Notes: generated by a model from the letters alone, not told the origin. A DNA stretch of 64,000 nucleotides from Lachnospiraceae bacterium (GCA_036311565.1 JAXJPR010000041.1:187-64186); one strand, 5' to 3'; counted from the stretch's first letter, positions 28,157 to 35,219 are shown. Made by a program: numbers and translations.

Positions 28157-28252
28157 GAAGTAGTCGCAAGCAACCGCACTCGGTGCGAGAATGAGCCAAG
28201 GCACATTCTATTAAAAGGATAGCTTGATCGTTAAATCTTACTACTGTAAAAA

Positions 28253-30067
28253 TCACACGCCTGTGGTATGTGTCCGCCAGATATCCATGTCCGATAAGAT
28301 AGACATGGTTATTTCGGTTGCGCTACCTCCGGTAGCATCGCTGTCTGCACCAATGTTGGTAGCAAAAAAGTATGTATTATCAGCAGTTTCGATATAACCG
28401 ATAAACCATCCGTTCACATCTTGGCCATCCACACGGCCGGTTCCGGTCTTTCCGTAGAATGTTCCGGCATCGGAAGAAGAAAGGCAGATGGCATCTTTTA
28501 CTGCATTGATATTTTCAGGGATGAAGCCAAAACTGTTATTCTGCAGCTTGGTTAAAAGTTCGACCTGTTCTATTGGAGAAATCTCCAAGGATGATTCCAT
28601 CCAATAAGTGGAGAAATCACCACTCATGTTTTCGTTACCATATCCGATTTCTTGAATATAGCTGTAAACGTCAGAGACTCCAAGCTGTTCATCTACTGCC
28701 TGGAAGTACCAGTTCACGGAGGAGTTCATTGCGGACTGTAAGGTCTGATCCGCATTCCATGCTTCAAATGGATAGCTTTCTCCATTCCATGCAATAAAGG
28801 AATTTTCCGGGGTAATGATATCTTCTTCCAATCCGAACAGAGCATCATATATTTTGTAGGTGGAGTTTGGAGCAACTCGTAAAGTGGCATGCTCCATGTC
28901 GTGTATGCTCCATGCATCATTTTCCAAATCGTATAAAACAAAGCTGCCTTCGTATTCTCCAAAGTATGTAGAAAGGTCTACATAGGATATATTTTTTGAC
29001 GAGGAATCCCATTGGTAGTGGCTTCCATCTGCTGCGTATGTAGAAATAAAAGGGGCGAATCCTATGAGAAGAACAGCAGTTAGTACAAATGCCGTCATAC
29101 CTTTTAGCCTTTTTATAAATGTTGGCTTCTCATAAGATGCAATATTGATAATTCTCCGCTTCATCTGCTTCATGTTTCCACCAAGGCCGGCAGCAAACGG
29201 AAAAGGAGTAAGAGAAACCTTTTCTGCAAAGTTGATCAGTGTATTGCCATAATCTTCGTAAGCATCCTCTTCAAGCATTTTCAAAACGGAAGTGTCACAG
29301 GCAACCTCTCTGTCATTACGCATTTCTTTCAGAGCGTACCAGACAAGAGGATTGAACCAATATATTACTCCGGCAAGGTTCATCAGATAACTGGCAATAG
29401 CATCTTTGTGCTTATAGTGCTGCAGTTCGTGTAACAGCATATACCGCATATCGGATTCGTTGTAATCAGAGATCAGATGAATCGGAAGATAAATACACGG
29501 TTTCCAAAGTCCCACAATAATCGGGGATTTTAAAAATGCGGTACTGTAGACAGGAATATCTCTGCGAATTTCCATTTCTTCTAAACAGTGATGATACAGT
29601 CTGCGGACTTCTTTGTTCTGAAGGGGAAGTGCAGATTTCTCCAAATTGCGTAAACGGAGAGAGGATTTGATTACCAATATAACCATTGCAAAAATGCCTA
29701 CAATCCATATCCCTAATAATATGTATCCGGCAATGGATGGTGTCTCGCTATTTACAGAAAGTGCGAAATTATTCATCCAGTCTGTATTTCCGGTCGGATT
29801 GGTTCTCACGGCTTCGCCTATAGCTGTTCCAGTGGCGGAAGATGGAGAACTTCTCAGGCTGCCGAGCCACGAGAAGATTTGCGGAAACCCGATGAGACGG
29901 AACGGTATAAAGGGAACTGCCAGCAACCCAAGAAGCAGGAACCACAGATTATACTGCATCCGGCTGGACAGGTTGTTTTTGAATATCCGCTTGGCTATCA
30001 AAAGAATTCCGATGATACCGCTGATAAATACATTGCATATGAAAAAGCGTATCATAAAATTAGCCAC
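28253..30067 (-). CDS. blaR1: BlaR1/MecR1-type beta-lactam sensor-transducer (M56 zinc peptidase plus penicillin-binding sensor domain)
   Basis: N-terminal TM region with zinc motif HELQHYKHKD. The extracellular C-terminal domain carries S-x-x-K (STYK), S-x-N (SVN) and KTG (GKTGTG). Confidence 0.9.
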   Translation of the reverse strand: MANFMIRFFICNVFISGIIGILLIAKRIFKNNLSSRMQYNLWFLLLGLLAVPFIPFRLIGFPQIFSWLGSLRSSPSSATGTAIGEAVRTNPTGNTDWMNNFALSVNSETPSIAGYILLGIWIVGIFAMVILVIKSSLRLRNLEKSALPLQNKEVRRLYHHCLEEMEIRRDIPVYSTAFLKSPIIVGLWKPCIYLPIHLISDYNESDMRYMLLHELQHYKHKDAIASYLMNLAGVIYWFNPLVWYALKEMRNDREVACDTSVLKMLEEDAYEDYGNTLINFAEKVSLTPFPFAAGLGGNMKQMKRRIINIASYEKPTFIKRLKGMTAFVLTAVLLIGFAPFISTYAADGSHYQWDSSSKNISYVDLSTYFGEYEGSFVLYDLENDAWSIHDMEHATLRVAPNSTYKIYDALFGLEEDIITPENSFIAWNGESYPFEAWNADQTLQSAMNSSVNWYFQAVDEQLGVSDVYSYIQEIGYGNENMSGDFSTYWMESSLEISPIEQVELLTKLQNNSFGFIPENINAVKDAICLSSSDAGTFYGKTGTGRVDGQDVNGWFIGYIETADNTYFFATNIGADSDATGGSATEITMSILSDMDIWRTHTTGV

Positions 30068-30068
30068 G

Positions 30069-30455
30069 TTAATTTCCTCCCTTTTTTGACCTCTTGGAAA
30101 GAAGGGAACGAAGGGTGTCTATTTCTGTTTCAGACAGTCTGTCATTTTCAATATATGCAGACAGCATGGCAGTGATATCCCCGTCATAGTATCGTTCCAG
30201 AAAAGAGTTGCTTTCTTGGCCGATGTATTCGCTTTCTTTCACGACTGGGGTATAAACAAACACTCGGCTCTGTTTTTCATAAGTCAGAACGCCTTTTGTT
30301 ACGAGACGTTTGATTAAAGTCTGTATCGTCTTAGGACTCCAGCTTGTGGTCTGTAATAATTTATCCGTTATTTCATTGGTACTGATCGGCGCATGTTTCC
30401 ATACGATTTTCATAACTTCAAATTCAGCTTCAGAAATCTGTGGCAAATTGCTCAT
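30069..30455 (-). CDS. blaI: BlaI/MecI/CopY family transcriptional repressor
   Basis: 128 aa. Winged helix (ISEAEFEVMKIVWKH...TIQTLIKRLVTKGVL). Immediately upstream of and co-directional with blaR1. Confidence 0.92.
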   Translation of the reverse strand: MSNLPQISEAEFEVMKIVWKHAPISTNEITDKLLQTTSWSPKTIQTLIKRLVTKGVLTYEKQSRVFVYTPVVKESEYIGQESNSFLERYYDGDITAMLSAYIENDRLSETEIDTLRSLLSKRSKKGGN

Positions 30456-30474
30456 TTCAAATCCTCCTCAAATC

Positions 30475-30486
30475 TTACAATTGTAA
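30475..30486. promoter_or_regulatory. Putative BlaI operator (perfect palindrome TTACAATTGTAA)
   Basis: A TACA/TGTA dyad 19 nt upstream of the blaI start codon. This matches the TACA-N-TGTA core of known BlaI/MecI operators. Confidence 0.65.
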
Positions 30487-30652
30487 TAAATATATTATAG
30501 GTGTTATTAATGCAGTTGTCAATTTCAGAAATAAGACTACATTCTTGCAGCATCGATAATATTATTGAAATTTTTTGAAAGTTGTGTATAGTTCAAAATG
30601 CTGCTTTGGTATTCTGTGGGTAAAACTGCGGAAACTTAAGGGGTTTCTAATA

Positions 30653-30681
30653 TTGACAACAAACCATAAAAAAAGTAGAAT
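30653..30681 (+). promoter_or_regulatory. Sigma-A promoter of the sulfur-carrier operon
   Basis: TTGACA (30653-30658), 17 nt, TAGAAT (30676-30681). Leaves a leader of about 140 nt before the thioredoxin gene. Confidence 0.55.
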
Positions 30682-30825
30682 ATAATAAAATAAAACATAC
30701 TAAACCGATAGGAAAAGAGAGGTATAATACTATAAAGAAGAGAAATGAAAGGATTTCATTTTTAATTTTATTGAAAAGATAGATGCATATACAATAGGAT
30801 TGTTAGGAAAGTTGGTGAATCAGAC

Positions 30826-31182
30826 ATGGCTGAACGGGTAACATATCGTGAATTCAATGAAAAAGTAATTAAATTTTCGGGATTGGCAATTGTTGATTTT
30901 TATTCTGACTTTTGCGTGCCCTGTAAAAAAATATTACCAGTCTTGTCAGCACTGGAGAAAGAATATCAGGAAGATATTTTCATTACTAAGGTAAACGTGG
31001 CATATGAAAAGGAATTGGTAGAAGAATATCAGATTAGATCTACACCTACGTTTTTGTTCTTTAAAAATGGCAAAATAGTGGAACAGTTTTCTGGAGTAAG
31101 AAAAAAAGAAGAATTGGAACAGATAATTGAATCCTATAGAGAAAAGAGGGAGAGAAAAAATGAGAATTACAGTAGCAGGTGA
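30826..31182 (+). CDS. Thioredoxin-family protein with atypical CVPC active site
   Basis: 118 aa. Thioredoxin fold pattern (IVDFYSDFCVPCKKILP...TPTFLFFKNGK) with CVPC in place of CGPC. Confidence 0.85.
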   Translation: MAERVTYREFNEKVIKFSGLAIVDFYSDFCVPCKKILPVLSALEKEYQEDIFITKVNVAYEKELVEEYQIRSTPTFLFFKNGKIVEQFSGVRKKEELEQIIESYREKRERKNENYSSR

Positions 31183-31378
31183 AATAAAAGAAGTTAAAGA
31201 TGATTTAACAATAGCAGAATTGATAAAGTTGGAAAATGTTGAAACTCCTCAGTATGTGTCCGTATCTGTTAATGATGTTTTTGCAAAAAGTAAAGATTTT
31301 TCAGTACAGAAATTACATGATGGTGATATTGTAGAATTTCTGTATTTTATGGGAGGTGGACAGTATGGCATTTACTGA
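31160..31378 (+). CDS. ThiS/MoaD-like ubiquitin-fold sulfur-carrier protein, precursor form (GGG followed by QYGIY)
   Basis: 72 aa starting at MRITVAGE behind AGAGGGAGAG. The ThiS-like end DGDIVEFLYFMGGG has 5 extra residues. Overlaps trx by 23 nt and the E1 gene by 14 nt. Confidence 0.8.
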   Translation: MRITVAGEIKEVKDDLTIAELIKLENVETPQYVSVSVNDVFAKSKDFSVQKLHDGDIVEFLYFMGGGQYGIY

Positions 31379-32171
31379 TGAGCAGTTAGAACGTTATTCA
31401 AGACATATTATTCTTAAAGATATTGGTGTAAGAGGACAGAAGAAGCTTCTTAATGCAAGAGTGCTTATTATTGGAGCGGGTGGTCTTGGTGCTCCTGCTG
31501 CAATGTATCTTGCAGCAGCAGGTATAGGAACAATTGGCATTGCTGATGCTGATGAGGTTGATTTATCAAATCTTCAGAGACAGATCATTCATGCTACAGA
31601 GGATATAGGAAAGCCTAAGGTAGATTCTGCAAAAGAAACAATAAATAAAATGAATCCAGATGTAACCGTAAATACGTATCATGAGTTTGTCTCAGCTGAA
31701 AATATTCTGGATCTTATTAAAGATTATGATTTTATTATAGATGGAACAGACAATTTTCCGGCAAAATTTTTGATTAATGATGCTTGTGTTCTGGCTAAGA
31801 AACCATTTTCCCATGCGGGAATTATTCGTTTTCAAGGACAGATTATGACTTATGTACCAGGAGAAGGTCCATGCTACCGTTGTGTATTTGAAGGTCCACC
31901 TCCAAAAGATGCAGTTCCTACCTGTAAACAAGCAGGGGTAATCGGTGCTATGGGTGGTGTGATCGGAAGTCTTCAGGCAATGGAAGCAATCAAATACATT
32001 ACAGGAGTAGGGGAATTGCTTACAGGATCACTGCTTACTTTCGATGCGACAAATATGAATTTCCGTAAAGTCAGATTACCAAAATCAAATTGTAACTGTG
32101 CAGTTTGCGGAACAAATCCGACGATAACGCATCCTATTGATTATGAGCAGGAAGAATGCGATGCTATATAA
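31365..32171 (+). CDS. ThiF/MoeB/HesA-family E1-like adenylyltransferase
   Basis: RYSRHI, Rossmann loop IIGAGGLGAP, DLSNLQRQ, and two CxxC pairs (CYRC, CAVC). The start ATG lies 5 nt after GGAGGTGG; the track ORF starts at 31356. Confidence 0.9.
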   Translation: MAFTDEQLERYSRHIILKDIGVRGQKKLLNARVLIIGAGGLGAPAAMYLAAAGIGTIGIADADEVDLSNLQRQIIHATEDIGKPKVDSAKETINKMNPDVTVNTYHEFVSAENILDLIKDYDFIIDGTDNFPAKFLINDACVLAKKPFSHAGIIRFQGQIMTYVPGEGPCYRCVFEGPPPKDAVPTCKQAGVIGAMGGVIGSLQAMEAIKYITGVGELLTGSLLTFDATNMNFRKVRLPKSNCNCAVCGTNPTITHPIDYEQEECDAI

Positions 32172-32174
32172 GGA

Positions 32175-32618
32175 GTGAAGATTACTATGATAACAATATC
32201 AAAAGATAATTATCAGAAAATAGTAGACCATGCGATTGCAGAGCTCCCAAATGAAGCATGCGGTCTTGTTGCGGGCACGGTGGATGGAGTGGATAAGCAT
32301 ATTGAAAAAGTATATCTTCTTACGAATATTGACCATTCCAATGAACACTTTTCGCTGAATCCAAAGGAACAACTGGCAGCAATCAAAGATATGAGAAGCC
32401 TTGGATATGTGCCTCTTGGTAACTGGCATTCTCATCCGGAAACACCATCAAGACCATCTGAAGAAGATAAGAGACTGGCTTATGATAGGAATGCAAGTTA
32501 TCTGATTCTGTCGTTAATGGAGCAGGAGAAGCCGGTACTCCATTCTTTTCATATTGAAGGACTGGATGTCCAAAAAGAAGAGTTGATGATTGAAGATTTG
32601 TATTCTGAGAAATATTAG
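32175..32618 (+). CDS. JAMM/MPN+ (Mov34, Mec+-like) metalloprotease
   Basis: The EACG glutamate plus HSHPETPSRPSEED (H-x-H-x7-S-x2-D). 147 aa, with an alternative ATG start at 32187. Confidence 0.88.
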   Translation: MKITMITISKDNYQKIVDHAIAELPNEACGLVAGTVDGVDKHIEKVYLLTNIDHSNEHFSLNPKEQLAAIKDMRSLGYVPLGNWHSHPETPSRPSEEDKRLAYDRNASYLILSLMEQEKPVLHSFHIEGLDVQKEELMIEDLYSEKY

Positions 32619-32652
32619 AAGAAAAAATAAAGTGGATGAGAGAGGCAAGAAT

Positions 32653-33699
32653 ATGGGGATAAATCAAGATATTGAAGAAATTGAAGTAAAGAATATTTCT
32701 GTTGAAGATTTTGCTAAATTGGATTTTTCAAAAGTGACTTTATTGGATTTAAGAGAAAAAGATCAAGTGCTGGTCGCAGGAATTGAAGGAGCAATTAATA
32801 TTCCTTTCTCGCAGATCAGCAAAAAGTTGAGCAAAGTACCAAAGGATTTACCGGTGTATGTTTTCTGTACAACTGGTGACTGGAGTGAAGAAGTTGCAGA
32901 AATATTATTAGAGCGTGGATATGATACATATAACGTTGTTGGTGGATTTAAGGCATATAAAGAATATATCGCCAATATAGAGCCTGTTAAAATCGATGCA
33001 AAAGAATTGAAATGTCCAGGACCAATTGTAAAGGTAGCAGATGCTATGCGTAATTTAACAGATGGACAAAAGCTTTTTGTCGAGGCAACGGAAGATGCCT
33101 TTGCTTCGGATATTGCTGTGTGGTGTAACAGAACAGGAAATCATCTGGAAAAATTGGAAGTAAAACCGGATGTTATCGAAGCAACCATTGAGAAAAGAAC
33201 AAAGAAGAGCGAGAATGCAGCGGTATTGCCAGATGGAAAAACCTTTGTTGTTTTCAGTGGAGATTTGGATAAAACTATTGCAGCTTTTATTATGGCAAAT
33301 GGTGCTGCTGCAATGGGAAGAGAAGTCACAATTTTCTTTACCTTTTGGGGATTGAATATTTTAAGAAGACCTAATAAGGTAAAAACGAAAAAAACACTGA
33401 TTGAAAAAATGTTTGGTATTATGATGCCGAGAGGAACGAAAAAACTTGGCCTTTCCAGAATGAATATGGGAGGGGCTGGTGCCAAAATGATTCGGGCAGT
33501 CATGAAAAGTAAGGGAGTGTCCTCCCTTGAGGAACTGATTCAAAATGCCATAGACCATGGAGTTCGTCTTGTAGCCTGTCAGATGTCCATGGAAATAATG
33601 GGAATAAAGAAGGAAGAATTAATTGATGGTGTCGAATTGGGTGGAGTAGCGACTTTCTTAGGTTCCGGTGAACAGTCAAATATGAGTTTGTTTATTTAG
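32653..33699 (+). CDS. Rhodanese-TusA(SirA)-DsrE/F tri-domain sulfurtransferase
   Basis: Rhodanese loop FCTTGDWS, TusA motif LKCPGPIVKV, and a DsrE-like domain (TFVVFSGDLDKTIAAFIMANGAAAMG...ACQMSM). Start chosen at the ATG behind GAGAGG; the track ORF starts at 32590. Confidence 0.8.
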   Translation: MGINQDIEEIEVKNISVEDFAKLDFSKVTLLDLREKDQVLVAGIEGAINIPFSQISKKLSKVPKDLPVYVFCTTGDWSEEVAEILLERGYDTYNVVGGFKAYKEYIANIEPVKIDAKELKCPGPIVKVADAMRNLTDGQKLFVEATEDAFASDIAVWCNRTGNHLEKLEVKPDVIEATIEKRTKKSENAAVLPDGKTFVVFSGDLDKTIAAFIMANGAAAMGREVTIFFTFWGLNILRRPNKVKTKKTLIEKMFGIMMPRGTKKLGLSRMNMGGAGAKMIRAVMKSKGVSSLEELIQNAIDHGVRLVACQMSMEIMGIKKEELIDGVELGGVATFLGSGEQSNMSLFI

Positions 33700-33715
33700 A
33701 AGGAGGAGGAAAATA

Positions 33716-34666
33716 ATGGCTCATAGACTTGAAAATGATGTGAATCATCTCGTCAAAAAAATAATAGGAGATTATGAACAAGGAAGGGATATTGATGTTG
33801 TAGAAAACTTTGTACACCCTAATAAGGATGACATTGTTACAATAATCGACCAAATTCGAAATATTATATTCCCAGGATATTATAAAAATAAGAATTATCG
33901 TATATATACGGTACGGAATAACCTGTCAATGCAGCTGGAAGATGTACTGTACAATCTTAGTAAACAGATTTCTATGGTCCTTAAATACTTGCCGGAATAT
34001 GTCAATAAGGAAGAGAAAGAATTGTTGTATGAAGGAGAAAAGTTGTCTTTACAGTTTCTAGAGAAAATAACAGATATCCGGCAATTGATTCAGACGGATC
34101 TGGAGGCAGCATATGATGGAGATCCGGCAGCGTTTAATAAACCAGAAATTATATTTTCATATCCAGGATTGTTTGCAATTTTGGTAAACAGAATCGCACA
34201 TGAATTATATTTGCTTGGAGTACCCCTTATACCAAGAATTATGACAGAATATGCCCATACAGAAACAGGGATCGACATTCATCCGGGGGCAACACTTGGA
34301 AAATACTTCTTTATAGATCATGGTACCGGAATTGTTGTAGGTGAGACAGCAATCATTGGGAATCATGTAAAAATTTATCAGGGAGTAACCATTGGAGCAT
34401 TATCTACCAGAGAAGGGCAGAAATTACACGGGAAGAAGAGGCATCCTACAATAGAAGATAATGTAACTATATATGCAGGTGCTTCTATTCTTGGAGGAGA
34501 TACGGTAATCGGTCATGATTCTGTTATTGGAGGGAATGCATTTATCACTTCTTCAATTCCAAGTAATACAAGAGTAAGTATAAAAAATCAGGAATTGGAG
34601 TATAAACAGGGAAATTGGAACACCACAGAAATCGTTCAAAGCGAGGAGTGGTATTATATAATATAG
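33716..34666 (+). CDS. cysE: Serine O-acetyltransferase (long form with N-terminal helical domain)
   Basis: DIHPGATLGKYFFIDHGTGIVVGETAIIG plus downstream hexapeptide repeats. 316 aa. Confidence 0.85.
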   Translation: MAHRLENDVNHLVKKIIGDYEQGRDIDVVENFVHPNKDDIVTIIDQIRNIIFPGYYKNKNYRIYTVRNNLSMQLEDVLYNLSKQISMVLKYLPEYVNKEEKELLYEGEKLSLQFLEKITDIRQLIQTDLEAAYDGDPAAFNKPEIIFSYPGLFAILVNRIAHELYLLGVPLIPRIMTEYAHTETGIDIHPGATLGKYFFIDHGTGIVVGETAIIGNHVKIYQGVTIGALSTREGQKLHGKKRHPTIEDNVTIYAGASILGGDTVIGHDSVIGGNAFITSSIPSNTRVSIKNQELEYKQGNWNTTEIVQSEEWYYII

Positions 34667-34684
34667 GAAGATGAGGTGTTTGTC

Positions 34685-35164
34685 ATGCATAAAGTATTAG
34701 TAGCATATTTTAGTGCCAGTGGTGTAACAGCAAAACTGGCAAAACGACTCGCAGCAGCCATTGATGCTGATCTGTATGAGATTCAACCAGAGATTCCATA
34801 CACAGATAAGGATCTTGATTGGACCAATAAAAAAAGCCGCAGCAGTGTGGAAATGAATAATCGATCATTTCGTCCGGCAATTGCAAATAAAGTTGAAAAT
34901 GTGGATCAGTACGATATTATTTTCACAGCGTTCCCTATTTGGTGGTACATTGCACCTACGATTGTGAACACATTTCTGGAACAGTATGACTTAACTGGAA
35001 AGACGATTGTTCCGCTGGCAACTTCGGGCAGCAGCGATATGGGGAACACAAACAAAGAACTTGCACCTTCTTGTCCGGGTGCGGTATTAAAAGAAGGAAA
35101 GAGATTTTCTGCAGATGCCAGAGAGGAAGAATTGAAGGCTTGGGCAGAAGAATTTGGTATCTAG
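34685..35164 (+). CDS. Flavodoxin
   Basis: KVLVAYFSASGVT (FMN phosphate loop) and FPIWWY. Start at the ATG 6 nt after GAGGTG. Confidence 0.85.
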   Translation: MHKVLVAYFSASGVTAKLAKRLAAAIDADLYEIQPEIPYTDKDLDWTNKKSRSSVEMNNRSFRPAIANKVENVDQYDIIFTAFPIWWYIAPTIVNTFLEQYDLTGKTIVPLATSGSSDMGNTNKELAPSCPGAVLKEGKRFSADAREEELKAWAEEFGI

Positions 35165-35177
35165 GATTAATTAACAT

Positions 35178-35219
35178 GGCTCCTGAATGCATTGCAATTG
35201 CAATTCAGGGCCGTTTTTT
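35178..35219 (+). terminator. Rho-independent terminator of the sulfur-carrier operon
   Basis: GGCTCCTGAAT / ATTCAGGGCC stem followed by GTTTTTT. Confidence 0.8.

Noticed and set aside
30682-30825. The roughly 140-nt leader of the sulfur-carrier operon read as an S-box, T-box or other riboswitch. It contains the hairpin AAATGAAA-GGA-TTTCATT at 30743-30761.
   Set aside because: No conserved riboswitch core was recognised. The hairpin is short and almost entirely A-U. The leader is too short for a T-box. Left as unexplained leader only.
30826-32618. Ubl + E1 + JAMM read as a bacterial ubiquitination-like anti-phage system (Bil/Bub or CBASS-associated type).
   Set aside because: No E2/UBC-like gene and no effector are present. 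The neighbours are rhodanese-TusA-DsrE, CysE, thioredoxin and flavodoxin, which points to sulfur trafficking. Protein conjugation is kept only as a minor alternative inside the main finding.
31127-32652. Longer N-terminal versions of the carrier (31127), the E1 (31356) and the rhodanese fusion (32590), as given in the ORF track.
   Set aside because: Internal ATGs at 31160, 31365 and 32653 have properly spaced purine-rich RBSs and give N-termini typical of the families. The extensions lack RBSs and overlap upstream genes more extensively.
27933-35219. The whole rlmD-to-flavodoxin interval read as an intact ICE or transposon.
   Set aside because: No integrase, recombinase, relaxase or transposase ORF was found, and I could not find flanking direct repeats. 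The sulfur operon's composition resembles the host backbone. Only the blaR1-blaI part looks foreign.
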